Source: Candidatus Anderseniibacteriota bacterium (GTDB lineage Bacteria; Patescibacteriota; Andersenbacteria; UBA10190). From it: a stretch of DNA of 64,000 bases. The notes beneath the pieces are model-generated. The model was given only the letters and a program-made list of their open reading frames with translations. It had not been told where the DNA came from and made no database searches. The stretch covers positions 1,452 through 65,451 of the forward strand of contig JBBDOX010000011.1 of the NCBI GenBank assembly GCA_040876835.1, in the 5' to 3' direction. Shown here piece after piece: positions 46,764-56,560 of this stretch. Each line of letters starts with the position of its first letter. Position 1 is the stretch's first letter. The position numbers were made by a program, and so were the translations under genes.

Positions 46764-47585
46764 ATGAAGCATCTTTTTGATTACAAGACATATCAGGTGA
46801 AGGCGGAGCAGCGGGCTCAACTTTACTGGATTTTTAGTGACCTGTCAGTCTTTATTCAGCGCAGTCTGCGGCACATTTTTACGAACATGGATCAGCTGCT
46901 GGGGCTTACTATCCAGCCGGTTATGTTTATGCTGCTTTTCCGCTATGTGTTTGGTGGAGCGATTGATACCGGCGGACAGAATTACGCTAACTTTCTGGTA
47001 GCCGGGATTCTGATACAGTCAGCTGCATTTGGCGCTATGACGACGTCGTTAAGCGTAGCCACTGATTTGCAGAGGGGGATTATTGAGCGTTTTAAGTCGC
47101 TGCCAACAATCGGCTGGGGCGTTCTGATGGGACACGTCACAGCTGACGTAGTCCGAAATTTTATCCAGGCGCTGGTTATGATTGGGGTTGGGTTGCTCGT
47201 CGGCTTTCGTCCTACGGCCTCTGTCATAGAATGGCTCATGATTGCCGGCCTGCTGTTTGTGTTTACGTTTGCCTTCTCCTGGGTGGCAGCGGTGATGGGC
47301 TTGCTGGCAAAATCAGTGGAATCTGTTCAATGGATGGGCTTTTTTGTTGTGTTTCCTTTGACGTTTGCCAGCGCCGCCTTTGTGCCAACGAACACCATGC
47401 CGAGGGCTTTGCGTCTGTTTGCGGAAAATCAGCCTATAACCCACATCATTGAAGCAGTGAGAGCATTAATGATCGGCACCCCCGTAGGCAATCACGCATT
47501 TTTGTCCGTTGTATGGTTTGTGGTGATTGCCCTGATATCAATTCCTGTTGCCTCTGTTTTGTTTCGTCGATACAGTGGTCGTTAG
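46764..47585 (+). CDS. ABC-2 type transporter permease
   Basis: ATG 46764 overlaps the ATPase stop. MKHLFDYKTY… with six TM helices. The N-terminal extension of the ORF track is rejected. Confidence 0.8.
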   Translation: MKHLFDYKTYQVKAEQRAQLYWIFSDLSVFIQRSLRHIFTNMDQLLGLTIQPVMFMLLFRYVFGGAIDTGGQNYANFLVAGILIQSAAFGAMTTSLSVATDLQRGIIERFKSLPTIGWGVLMGHVTADVVRNFIQALVMIGVGLLVGFRPTASVIEWLMIAGLLFVFTFAFSWVAAVMGLLAKSVESVQWMGFFVVFPLTFASAAFVPTNTMPRALRLFAENQPITHIIEAVRALMIGTPVGNHAFLSVVWFVVIALISIPVASVLFRRYSGR

Positions 47586-47624
47586 AGTCGTGTAAGGAGT
47601 AGTAATTCATAACAATATACTATT

Positions 47625-48023
47625 ATGAACCGAGTAATACACTTCGAAATACAGGCAGATGATCCGGAACGCGCCGCTACCTTTTATCGCGAAGTTTTCG
47701 GTTGGAATATTGAGAAGTGGGCAGATTCGGAACAAGAATACTGGGTAGTTAGGACAGCGGACCAGAATAGTACTGAGCCGGGAATTAACGGGGGGTTATT
47801 AAAACGTCCGGCTAAAACGCCACCCCAGGAGTGTGGTACTAACGCGTACGTCTGTACGGTGGGGGTTGAGAGCTTTGATGAGATAGCAGGAAAGATAGAA
47901 GTTGCTGGCGGTCTTGTTGCCATGCCGAAATTTGCCCTGACTGGAATGGCCTGGCAGGGATATTTTCTCGACACGGAAGGTAATACCTTTGGTATTCACC
48001 AGTCTGACGAGAATGCGAAATAG
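47625..48023 (+). CDS. VOC-family (glyoxalase/bleomycin-resistance fold) protein
   Basis: 132 aa. …VIHFEIQADDPERAATFYREVFGW…. Confidence 0.68.
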   Translation: MNRVIHFEIQADDPERAATFYREVFGWNIEKWADSEQEYWVVRTADQNSTEPGINGGLLKRPAKTPPQECGTNAYVCTVGVESFDEIAGKIEVAGGLVAMPKFALTGMAWQGYFLDTEGNTFGIHQSDENAK

Positions 48024-48149
48024 TCTTTTTGCTGTTTGAGTGGATAGTACTGGTGCGGTTTGCTTTAACATAAAACATCGCTATGATTATCGGCCAGGAA
48101 CGGTTTCTGGCGGTAACTCTTTCAAACAGAATACGAGAGGAGAGGTCCA

Positions 48150-49187
48150 ATGCTTTCTGCTTACGCTGACAGTGGCGTCGACATCGACGCTGGTGAGCTG
48201 TTCGTGGCCATGCTGAAGGAGCGGATTGCTGCCGCATGGCCGGAAGTCGGCAAGGAGATTGGGGGGTTTGCCGGGAGCGTGCAGTTCCCGGCGCTCACGA
48301 ACAAGGTCCGCTGTGGTGCGGACGGATCGGGCACGATGGCAATCGTGGCAGCCCTGTGTGACCAGTACGAGGTCATTGGTACTGCCGCTGCCGCCATGTC
48401 GCTGGTGGACACGTACGTGGGCGGAGCACTCCCAGTGGGACTGCTCGACGTCATCGACGTGGGCAAGCTCGTTCCGGAAAAGCACATCCGCATCATTGAC
48501 GGCCTCATTCAGGGATGCAAGCTGGCTGGTTCTGCCAGGCTGATTGGCGGGGAAACTGCTGAGTTGCCCGACATGTTCCGGCACAGCTGGATGGTCAACG
48601 TCAACACAGCAGCGATCGGCTTTCCCGATCCCTGCCTTCTGACCGGAAACATTCGCCCGGGCATGACGGTGTGGGGTTGGCGGTCTGAGGGCCCGGCTTC
48701 CAATGGCTTCTCGCTGATCCGTCGAGCGTTGCAGCTCAAGGGTCGACCTTCGCTGGCCAGAAAGCGGCTGACGCGGTACTCACCGGACCTGCGCGGCTCG
48801 CTGCAGGAGGCGCTGCTGGTTCCGGTGCCCATCTGGATCAACCAGATTGAGATCCAGCGCAGTGTCGGTACGCGATTTGCCGGACACGCCCACATTACGG
48901 GTGGCGGACTGGTCGATAACATCCCGCGCATCCTGCCGGAGAGTTGCAAGGTCGTTCTGGATCGCTCAACGTGGGAGCGGTCGGCGATCTTTCCCATCAT
49001 TCAGCGCGAGGGAAATGTTTCCGCGGAAGAGATGGATCGCGTCTTCAACCAGGGGCTCATGGTCGTCTCCGTCCTGGATTCGTCCGGCAAAGAGCCGACC
49101 ACGCCCAACATTCTTCCCATCGGCACTGTCGAAAAGAGAGGAGAGGGAGAGCGGCAAGTGCAGTTCACGGGAGTCTTCAACAACTGA
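48150..49187 (+). CDS. purM: Phosphoribosylformylglycinamidine cyclo-ligase (AIR synthase)
   Basis: 345 aa. N-terminal YADSGVDIDAG plus a PurM-like domain organisation. Strong RBS GAGAGGAGAGG. Markedly G+C-rich. Confidence 0.82.
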   Translation: MLSAYADSGVDIDAGELFVAMLKERIAAAWPEVGKEIGGFAGSVQFPALTNKVRCGADGSGTMAIVAALCDQYEVIGTAAAAMSLVDTYVGGALPVGLLDVIDVGKLVPEKHIRIIDGLIQGCKLAGSARLIGGETAELPDMFRHSWMVNVNTAAIGFPDPCLLTGNIRPGMTVWGWRSEGPASNGFSLIRRALQLKGRPSLARKRLTRYSPDLRGSLQEALLVPVPIWINQIEIQRSVGTRFAGHAHITGGGLVDNIPRILPESCKVVLDRSTWERSAIFPIIQREGNVSAEEMDRVFNQGLMVVSVLDSSGKEPTTPNILPIGTVEKRGEGERQVQFTGVFNN

Positions 49188-49247
49188 AAATCATCCGGCA
49201 GCTATACCACGTGGCTGCTTTTTCTTTTACGGTACGGCTCTGGGTGT

Positions 49248-49751
49248 GTGCCGGATGGTGCTACACTGATACCCATGCATATACCGAATATTGGCAAGCT
49301 GATTATTGCGATTGTCGTCTCACAACTCGCCGGTGCAATAGGTTCCGTTTTTACGGTTCCGTCGATCCCGACGTGGTATGCCTCTCTTGTAAAGCCGGAG
49401 CTTGCGCCACCCAACTGGGTATTCGGTCCGGTATGGATTTCTCTTTTTGTACTTATGGGGATATCGGCATTCCTGGTATGGAAGCGGGGGTTGGATCGTA
49501 AAGATGTGAAAATATCATTAGGTGTTTTTCTGGTTCAGCTGGTGTTAAACACGTTGTGGTCAATTCTCTTTTTTGGTTTCCAGAATCCGGGAGCGGCTTT
49601 CTTGGAAATACTCATATTGTGGTTAGCTATATCGTGTACCATTTTCCTGTTTTACCGGATTTCGAAAGCGGCAGCGTGGCTGCTCGTGCCATACCTTGTG
49701 TGGGTTAGTTTTGCTGGCTACCTCAACTATGCCTTGTGGGTGTTGAATTAA
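49248..49751 (+). CDS. tspO: TspO/MBR tryptophan-rich sensory protein
   Basis: …WYASLVKPELAPPNWVFGPVWISLFVLMGISAFLVW… with five TM helices. The start could instead be ATG 49275. Confidence 0.8.
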   Translation: MPDGATLIPMHIPNIGKLIIAIVVSQLAGAIGSVFTVPSIPTWYASLVKPELAPPNWVFGPVWISLFVLMGISAFLVWKRGLDRKDVKISLGVFLVQLVLNTLWSILFFGFQNPGAAFLEILILWLAISCTIFLFYRISKAAAWLLVPYLVWVSFAGYLNYALWVLN

Positions 49752-49761
49752 TATTGATGGT

Positions 49762-50193
49762 ATGGAGAAAAAGGAACTTGTACGAAAAGTGATAAGCCAT
49801 GAATTACTGGGAGTGATTGCGACCGTATCGTCTGACGGGATGAAGCCGGAGGCGGCTCTGGTGGCAGTAACGGAAACGGATGATCTGGAAATAGTATTTG
49901 GCACGCGCAATACGACACAGAAGTACAAAAACATTCAGAAGAATCCGAATGTCTCGTTTGTTATAGGAACAAGTTCTGAGCAGAAAATAACGGTGCAGTA
50001 TGCTGGTTTGGCCAGGGAATTAGCAGACAAGGAACTGGATACGTATCAGCGGCTGCATATCAAAAAGCATCCGGGATCAAAGAAGTTTGTGTTTTCTCCC
50101 GAAGAACGGATGTTTATCGCATCCCCTGTCTGGATCCGCTATTCGGATTACAAGAGCGAGCCGCCGGTTATCTTTGAATTAGAAGCTTTCTAG
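49762..50193 (+). CDS. Pyridoxamine 5'-phosphate oxidase-like FMN-binding protein
   Basis: 143 aa. Split-barrel PNPOx-like pattern (…LLGVIATVSSDGMKPEAALVAV…). Confidence 0.65.
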   Translation: MEKKELVRKVISHELLGVIATVSSDGMKPEAALVAVTETDDLEIVFGTRNTTQKYKNIQKNPNVSFVIGTSSEQKITVQYAGLARELADKELDTYQRLHIKKHPGSKKFVFSPEERMFIASPVWIRYSDYKSEPPVIFELEAF

Positions 50194-50366
50194 GATATGC
50201 ATTTGCCGATTTCCGGCAATACGGCAAACTAGTCGTGGCACGTATTGTTCCCTGGTAGTATAGAGACTCGGGCGGAAGTGACAGCGAACATTCCTAAGGG
50301 CAAACCCAGGCCGAGGCTTCTCGAAGAGAAGGAGAGGGAAAAGAAGTCAACATAGATAGGAGGTAA

Positions 50367-50394
50367 GACCGGGCAACTCGCTCGGTCTTTTTTT
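50367..50394 (+). terminator. Rho-independent terminator
   Basis: GACCGGG-CAACTCG-CTCGGTC hairpin (7-bp stem with one G·U) followed by TTTTTTT. Confidence 0.55.
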
Positions 50395-50457
50395 AAGCTG
50401 CAAGTATGCAAGTCTGAATAAAAGCATTTTTTTTAGATCGCATGGTAGCATATTCTT

Positions 50458-51111
50458 ATGAATGATCTACTCAACGTCCCGTCTTCTGTAGAGCAGCCGA
50501 ATATAATAGCCAAGAAGCCCCGCATGGTGCGTCTTTCAACCACTCTTGCAATCGCTGTTATCGTAGGCCTTATCATGACTGGTGTGAATTTTTTGGCATA
50601 TTCCATGATACTGAGTTCTTTTACGCCAGGAGTCACTGATCCGGCCATTCTGCGAGGCGTAGACAACGCTCGTGAAAAAGTGGAAACGGCTTTGAAGGAA
50701 GGTGAAGCAGAACTTCTGCTAGAAATCGATGTGGAGGATGAAGTGTGTATGGGTGATCCGATTGCAATTAGCTGGCAAGGCGATGAGCGAATTGAATATG
50801 TTTCGCTATACTTGAATGATACTAATAGTATAAGGCCGATAGGAGACTATCCGCTTGACTTCGTAGATGGGGAGCGGGTAGGGGGTAACGCAGGCAAATA
50901 TACGTGGCCTGCAGGAGAGCGCAGTGACTCGGGCTATGTTGATGAGGGGTATCTGTACCGTATAGGAATCACAGGGCGATATACTACAGCAGATGGGACT
51001 CCAACCTCCGTGCATAAGAATACAGAGCGTTTTGCTCTACTTGATTGTCCAATTAGAAGTTTTGAAGAGGGAGATGGACTCAATGCACCAGCAGCGCCGC
51101 TAGGATATTAG
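50458..51111 (+). CDS. Hypothetical membrane-anchored protein
   Basis: 217 aa with one N-terminal TM helix. No motif. Confidence 0.45.
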   Translation: MNDLLNVPSSVEQPNIIAKKPRMVRLSTTLAIAVIVGLIMTGVNFLAYSMILSSFTPGVTDPAILRGVDNAREKVETALKEGEAELLLEIDVEDEVCMGDPIAISWQGDERIEYVSLYLNDTNSIRPIGDYPLDFVDGERVGGNAGKYTWPAGERSDSGYVDEGYLYRIGITGRYTTADGTPTSVHKNTERFALLDCPIRSFEEGDGLNAPAAPLGY

Positions 51112-51151
51112 GGAACGTACCTGTAATAAGCGCCTGTGATATAATTTCACC

Positions 51152-51331
51152 ATGAAGTCGTGGTTTACATGGGGTGAGCTCGTAGTTTTAATAGCCGCCA
51201 TCCTTTTACTAGTGAGTTTGCCGCTACTGGCAGCCGGGCGTGCAGGTCTCTGGTTTGGCGCACAAGGATTGTATTTCATCGGAGTGGCATTAATTGTTGG
51301 ACGATACTTCTCACGCTATGTTCGAGATTAG
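51152..51331 (+). CDS. Possible 59-aa two-helix membrane peptide (leaderless-type promoter)
   Basis: MKSWFTWGELVVLIAAILLLVSLPLLAAGRAGLWFGAQGLYFIGVALIVGRYFSRYVRD. An extended -10 TGTGATATAAT ends 6 nt before the ATG. Confidence 0.3.
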   Translation: MKSWFTWGELVVLIAAILLLVSLPLLAAGRAGLWFGAQGLYFIGVALIVGRYFSRYVRD

Positions 51332-52259
51332 TTTTTTTGAAATCGTCGCATTCGTACGCCAGGTATCAGGAGCCGTTGCCGGAGCGGGAGGACTCCATGG
51401 TTGGCTGTTGTTTAACCGGCAACACGGCAAACTGTCACGACTCATTGAGCCGCTCATGATTGGAGGAGCAGTTATATATCTGGTTGCCTGGCTAATTGGC
51501 TTTGTTGGCCAATCACTGGCCCAGGCCCATGTTGGGATATCGCTTGAGCCGACGGTCATTGATGTGGCCCGATCATATGCTGTGCAGACACCGCTGGCGA
51601 TTGTGTTAGTAGCTCTGCTGGTTACCAGTAAGAGGGGTCTCTCAAAGGTGCCGCGACTCTACCACTTCCTGTTTTTCGTCGTGATGAGTCTGTTAATCAG
51701 TACCTATGCGATATCGGGTCATATAGATTTACGACAGGTATCGTATGTGTGGCATGGCTGGCATTCTATCCTGACGTTAGGGACAGTAATCGTCCTGGAT
51801 TATCTCTTTTTCGTATGCCGGCATAATCGCAAGCTTCTAGCGAGACTAACGGAGTCGTTCGATCGCTTTACGGTATTCATTCTGGCTGGACTGGCGATTG
51901 ATATTATGAGTACATACCTGATTCTTGAAGAAGCACTGAGGTTGGACGCCCGCTTCTTCTTTATGCAGACAGTCGTTGGTGTCCTGCTCATTAACGGTAT
52001 TCTTCTTTCAGGGCCCCTTACGCGCAGGGCGGCAGTGTATCTCAAGAGCGAACGGAAGATACCAGGCAGACTCCAGGCAGTGCTCGGACTATTCGGCGCA
52101 ACCTCTTTAGTTTCCTGGAATACGATTACCTTCCTTGATTTCGTTCCGAATATTTCACTGCCGTATGTGGCATTACTTGTCATTTACGTCGCGGTTATCG
52201 CCGGCGGCTTTGTCAGTCACCTCATCATCGAAGGCTGGCCGGTTAAAGTGCGGGCGTGA
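51318..52259 (+). CDS. Polytopic membrane protein, hypothetical
   Basis: ATG 51318; the ORF-track start is TTG 51294. About nine hydrophobic helices. Confidence 0.5.
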   Translation: MFEISFFEIVAFVRQVSGAVAGAGGLHGWLLFNRQHGKLSRLIEPLMIGGAVIYLVAWLIGFVGQSLAQAHVGISLEPTVIDVARSYAVQTPLAIVLVALLVTSKRGLSKVPRLYHFLFFVVMSLLISTYAISGHIDLRQVSYVWHGWHSILTLGTVIVLDYLFFVCRHNRKLLARLTESFDRFTVFILAGLAIDIMSTYLILEEALRLDARFFFMQTVVGVLLINGILLSGPLTRRAAVYLKSERKIPGRLQAVLGLFGATSLVSWNTITFLDFVPNISLPYVALLVIYVAVIAGGFVSHLIIEGWPVKVRA

Positions 52260-52984
52260 TGACAGATTTGCTTCTGCTGGCGGCCCTTACGTTTATTGCC
52301 AGCACTGTCGGTACCATCAGCGGTTTCGGCACCTCAACAATTATGATCCCGGTACTGGTACTGTTCCTGTCTCCGATTGAGGCGATATTCCTGGTGGCAA
52401 TCGTTCACTGGTTTGGAGATCTGTGGAAGGTTCTGCTATTCCGCAAGGGTGTTAATTTTCGTCTTGTCATCTTGCTGGGGGTGGTGGGGCTCGTGGCCAG
52501 CTACTTCGGGGCGTCAGTATCCCTCGGCGCGGGCGAGGCGATACTGATTCGTCTCTTAGGAGCGTTTTTAGCAGGATACGCGGTATTCTTGATAACGCAG
52601 AAGAAGTTTAGAATCCCTACTGGTACTATCACTACTCTGATCGGAGGGGTGCTGTCGGGTTTTTTCGCCGGAATCTTCGGGATCGGCGGGCCGATCCGCA
52701 GCATGGTTTTATCCGCTTTTAATCTGCGCAAGTCGGTGTATATAGCGACAGCGGGAGCAATCGGGCTCATGGTTGATGTGACGCGTATTATTACCTATGT
52801 CGCCGGCGGAGTAACGTTGCGGGAACAACTGTGGTGGAGCCTGCTGTTACTTATTCCCGTTTCCTTTGTAGGAGCACAGGTAGCTCGAAAGATTGTAAAC
52901 AAGGTGCCGCAGAGACAGTTTCGTGCAGTCGTGGCTGTGTTTTTTCTCATTATTGGTCTTAAGCTCCTGGTGTTTCCTAGCTAA
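52259..52984 (+). CDS. TauE/SafE (DUF81) sulfite/anion exporter family protein
   Basis: ATG 52259. Repeated G-rich TM motifs (…GFGTSTIMIPVLVLFL…, …GIGGPIRSMVLSAF…). Confidence 0.72.
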   Translation: MTDLLLLAALTFIASTVGTISGFGTSTIMIPVLVLFLSPIEAIFLVAIVHWFGDLWKVLLFRKGVNFRLVILLGVVGLVASYFGASVSLGAGEAILIRLLGAFLAGYAVFLITQKKFRIPTGTITTLIGGVLSGFFAGIFGIGGPIRSMVLSAFNLRKSVYIATAGAIGLMVDVTRIITYVAGGVTLREQLWWSLLLLIPVSFVGAQVARKIVNKVPQRQFRAVVAVFFLIIGLKLLVFPS

Positions 52985-53070
52985 ATTGCAGTGACTCAAG
53001 AATGGCGTCGGAATCCATTTATAGCTAGAAGAAAAAGTGTTAGCAATGGCGCTTAACGTATAATACATAC

Positions 53071-53355
53071 ATGTATTATACGTATATCCTGATGTGCAGC
53101 GACGGCTCACTTTATACGGGCTGGACGAAGGATGTGGAGAAAAGAGCTGCCCAGCATGATGCTGGTACTGGGGCGAAATATACCCGCTCGCGCCGGCCCG
53201 TGAAGCTGGTGTATTCGGAAACGCTGAGTTCTCAGTCTGAAGCCATGCGCCGGGAGCATGCGATAAAGGCTCTTCCCCGTCAGGATAAACTGGCTCTCAT
53301 TCAGCACTTTATGAAGATAAAGGAGACAAAAAGCAAACTTTCGTATATGCTATAA
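53071..53355 (+). CDS. GIY-YIG nuclease-superfamily protein (UPF0213-like)
   Basis: 94 aa. YYTYILMCSDGSLYTGWT…RRE(H) GIY-YIG core. TATAAT ends 7 nt before the ATG. Confidence 0.8.
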   Translation: MYYTYILMCSDGSLYTGWTKDVEKRAAQHDAGTGAKYTRSRRPVKLVYSETLSSQSEAMRREHAIKALPRQDKLALIQHFMKIKETKSKLSYML

Positions 53356-53425
53356 GGTGCTATTTACCGACGAGACACTTAAAAGTTTCCAGGGAAGCAT
53401 ATTTACCATTAATTCATATAACAAT

Positions 53426-53623
53426 ATGGAAGGAACAATTAAGACGCTAACAGAAAAGGGATTTGGATTTATCTCCCGCGAAGGTGAGTCAAAAGACCTC
53501 TTCTTCCACTCAAAGGAACTTCAGGGTGTAACATTTGATGAACTCCGGGTTGGAGATGCGGTTACCTTCGAAGTTATTGATACTGAAAAAGGTCCAGCAG
53601 CTACCAGCGTTTCACGCGCGTAA
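53426..53623 (+). CDS. cspA: Cold-shock protein (CspA family)
   Basis: ATG 53426. MEGTIKTLTEKGFGFISREGESKDLFFH… with RNP1/RNP2 motifs. Confidence 0.9.
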   Translation: MEGTIKTLTEKGFGFISREGESKDLFFHSKELQGVTFDELRVGDAVTFEVIDTEKGPAATSVSRA

Positions 53624-53635
53624 GAATGCATGAAG

Positions 53636-53667
53636 AAAAACCACCCTTTCAACAAAGGGTGGTTTTT
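53636..53667 (+). terminator. Rho-independent terminator of csp
   Basis: AAAAACCACCCTTT-CAACA-AAGGGTGGTTTTT perfect hairpin plus a U-run. Confidence 0.75.
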
Positions 53668-53689
53668 AATTCAGCAACCTACCCGTTAG

Positions 53690-53816
53690 CCGCCCGTGTG
53701 GCAGCGACGTGGAGATTCTGCTGAATCCCGCCTTGTCGGCTGTCCTGATGTTCCTTTCGACTGTAATTGTGGCCGTAAATACTCTGCTTCTCCGCTGGCA
53801 GATGCTAACGCTCTAG
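53690..53816 (+). pseudogene. 3'-terminal fragment of a second P1B-type ATPase gene
   Basis: Encodes …EILLNPALSAVLMFLSTVIVAVNTLLLRWQMLTL*. Clearly homologous to the CopB C-terminus …GIVLNPAVSAVFMSLSTVIVAVNAVMLRRQSLQ*. No upstream gene body. Confidence 0.6.
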
Positions 53817-53907
53817 CGGAACTGTTACCGCGTTTATATAGTAGTGACTGTAGCGGCAAAAAAGCCGCGATGGCTTGTGTATTAAAATATGAAAGAAGGT
53901 GATCTAT

Positions 53908-54108
53908 ATGCATGATATGAAAAATGCTATGAAGCATCTGCGCGAACATCAGACGTACCCCGCCACCAAGGCCGAGCTCGTTGAAGCGTGCAATAACCTG
54001 TCTGACTTTACGGAAGCCGATAAGAATGAATTTGCCAGTAAGTTGCCCGACCGCACGTACGACTCAGCTGAAGAGGTAATGGAAGCCATGGAGTGGCAGG
54101 TGGCGTAA
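53908..54108 (+). CDS. DUF2795-family small protein
   Basis: An RBS AAGGTG sits 7 nt before ATG 53908. MHDMKNAMKHLREHQTYPATKAELVEACNN…. Confidence 0.55.
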   Translation: MHDMKNAMKHLREHQTYPATKAELVEACNNLSDFTEADKNEFASKLPDRTYDSAEEVMEAMEWQVA

Positions 54109-54120
54109 ATACTAGGCACA

Positions 54121-54167
54121 AGAAAACACGCATGACGGCAGATAATCGTCATTGTGTTTTCTGTTTT
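54121..54167 (+). terminator. Rho-independent terminator
   Basis: AGAAAACACGCATGACG…CGTCATTGTGTTTTCT hairpin followed by GTTTT. Confidence 0.55.
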
Positions 54168-54236
54168 GAACTGCTGACAGGATGCTCTTGTTGGTAGTAT
54201 GCGCTGTCACCATACTGGAAGCATAAGCTCTTTGTT

Positions 54237-54608
54237 ATGCCGTTTTCTTTAACGAAAAAATACAGTTATTTGTGGGTGACACTGGCATTCTTCTGCTTTT
54301 CAGTAGCAGGGCACTGGCTGTTTGCCTGGTATGCATACGTTGACGAGCAGAATAATTTTAATCATCTCGTGCGGGCTGAGGAATACTTCGTACAGGTAAG
54401 TCGTGACACGTTCGAAAACTGGCAATCTGAGTTTCTTCAGTTGATATGGCAGGTGGGAGGGTTGGCCCTGCTGCTGTATGTCGGCTCACCTCAATCGAAA
54501 GAAGGGGATGAACGGAAAGAAGAAAAGGTTGATCGCATTCTTGAGATGGTAGACCCGAAGGCAAAACGTTTTATTGCGACGGTTGATAGGAAATATCCAC
54601 GGCAATGA
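54237..54608 (+). CDS. Small membrane protein, hypothetical
   Basis: 123 aa with two N-terminal TM helices. Overlaps the downstream oxidoreductase start (ATGA). Confidence 0.45.
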   Translation: MPFSLTKKYSYLWVTLAFFCFSVAGHWLFAWYAYVDEQNNFNHLVRAEEYFVQVSRDTFENWQSEFLQLIWQVGGLALLLYVGSPQSKEGDERKEEKVDRILEMVDPKAKRFIATVDRKYPRQ

Positions 54609-55876
54609 GCAAGGCTAATGTACGAATGAAAGAGGGATCGACGTGGGATGAGGGAGTAGACATGCCGCGATTTTCACCTCTAACTCGATCCATTAGTGCG
54701 GATGTAGCGATCATCGGTGGAGGGATAACAGGAATTACAACAGCCTACCTGCTATCAAACACCGGCCTGGATGTTGTTTTGGTAGAGAAAGACCGCCTTA
54801 CCCGCGGCGCCACCGGCGCTACTACTGCTTTTCTCACCCAATATATTGACACTGAACTTTCAGAGTTAATTTCCATGTTCGGTGTTAAGAAAGCTCAAGC
54901 GATTGTCGCCTCGCATGCTCAAGCGATTGATGATATTGAAGGGATTATTCAGACGGAGAATATAGAGTGTGAATTTATGCGTTGCTCTAACTATATATAT
55001 GCTACTTCCGCTCAAGAGAAGGAGAGGCTGGCTGTAGAGCAACAGGCAGCGCAGATGTTAGGTCTTCACACTAAAGCTGTACGCGAGGGGTCATTTCCAT
55101 TTGAATATAGCGGTTGTGTGGAGTTGCCGGGGCAGGCTAAGTTTCATCCGTTGAAATACCTTGCCGGATTAGTTGATATTCTTCAGCAGCGCGGCGTGCG
55201 GATATTTGAAGAGACGGAAGCACATATTGACCACGAAGGCAGTCCTACAGTAGTAACAGCACCCGACGGAGAGGTCGTGGCTCAACAGGTAGTAGTTGCA
55301 ACATACGCACCGCTGGGTAAGAAGCTATTTTTTAAAAAAGCTTTTTACACCTCCTACATATATGAGATGACTGTTCCGGCTGGAATAATTTCCGAAGGGA
55401 TATATGAAGACATGCACGAGCCCTATCACTATTTTCGAGTTGATCAGGGAGGAGGAAGAGACCGGGTTATTATTGGCGGAGAAGACCATCGATCAGACTT
55501 GCCGGTTAAAAGCTCGAAAAGCTTCCAGGCGCTTGCAAGATATATTGAGACTACATTTCCATCCATCCCGTATACTCTCGTAAGGCGCTGGGAGGGTTCG
55601 ATTGTGGAGTCTGTAGATGGCCTGGCTTTTATCGGATCGCTCGAGCACTTCAATATATTCTATGCCACGGGATTTTCCGGCAACGGCATGACGTACAGCA
55701 TGATTGCAGCAACATCATTCATGTATCTCATTCAAAACCAGCAGAATGAGTTGCTGTTTCTGTATGATCCAACCCGAATACCAACGATTCGATCACTGGC
55801 CTTCAAAGGACGTGATTATACTAACGAGTTAGTCGGCGGGGCGGTAAAGAATACGATGCAGGGCTCAAAGGAATAA
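54605..55876 (+). CDS. FAD-dependent oxidoreductase (DAO family)
   Basis: 423 aa. Rossmann VAIIGGGITGITTAYLL. DAO-like length. Confidence 0.78.
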   Translation: MSKANVRMKEGSTWDEGVDMPRFSPLTRSISADVAIIGGGITGITTAYLLSNTGLDVVLVEKDRLTRGATGATTAFLTQYIDTELSELISMFGVKKAQAIVASHAQAIDDIEGIIQTENIECEFMRCSNYIYATSAQEKERLAVEQQAAQMLGLHTKAVREGSFPFEYSGCVELPGQAKFHPLKYLAGLVDILQQRGVRIFEETEAHIDHEGSPTVVTAPDGEVVAQQVVVATYAPLGKKLFFKKAFYTSYIYEMTVPAGIISEGIYEDMHEPYHYFRVDQGGGRDRVIIGGEDHRSDLPVKSSKSFQALARYIETTFPSIPYTLVRRWEGSIVESVDGLAFIGSLEHFNIFYATGFSGNGMTYSMIAATSFMYLIQNQQNELLFLYDPTRIPTIRSLAFKGRDYTNELVGGAVKNTMQGSKE

Positions 55877-55925
55877 CTGTGGAAGAACTCTTACGTTTGT
55901 ATTTCTTCTTGGCATATTTAAAAAT

Positions 55926-56540
55926 ATGACACATACCAATAAAGTTGGCCGCGTCATGGAGCGATTCGAGCAATTGTACCAGCGGGGTATCACTCCTTGG
56001 ACCGAACACGGAATGGAACCGGAAATTCCGGCATTGGCTGACCTGTTACTTGAGCGCATTGCAGAGCCTGTGTTGTTAGATATTGGTTGCGGAAATGGAT
56101 GGACAAGCATCTATTTTGCGAAGCGAGGGATTGCAGTCAAGGGTATTGATAGCTCACCGACAGCCATTGTTGCAGCGCAGGAGAAAGCCAAGCGAGCTAG
56201 GTTAGAACAGGTCATACATTTTGAAGTAGGCGATGGATTGGCGCTACCGTATGTATCATCCACATTCGATGCTGTCTTCGACCGTGGGTTTTTCCATCAC
56301 GTACCGATACAGCAATATGAACAGTACATCTTCGAGGTGAGCCGAGTACTGACATCGAAAGGATTGCTCTCACTGCACGCCTTTACTCCTCGTACTGGAG
56401 TTGGAGAGTATCGGTTTGAGAGAGATGATATTGAGCGAATATTCGGCGAACACTTTGTAATATTGCAGGAAAGTTATGACCCATGGCCGACTGATGCGCC
56501 GGCCCACTTGGGACACTACTTGCTTGAGCGACGGATCTAG
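55926..56540 (+). CDS. Class I SAM-dependent methyltransferase
   Basis: 204 aa. LLDIGCGNGWTSIYFAKRG (motif I). Confidence 0.75.
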   Translation: MTHTNKVGRVMERFEQLYQRGITPWTEHGMEPEIPALADLLLERIAEPVLLDIGCGNGWTSIYFAKRGIAVKGIDSSPTAIVAAQEKAKRARLEQVIHFEVGDGLALPYVSSTFDAVFDRGFFHHVPIQQYEQYIFEVSRVLTSKGLLSLHAFTPRTGVGEYRFERDDIERIFGEHFVILQESYDPWPTDAPAHLGHYLLERRI

Positions 56541-56560
56541 GCTACACAAAAGGCAGATAT

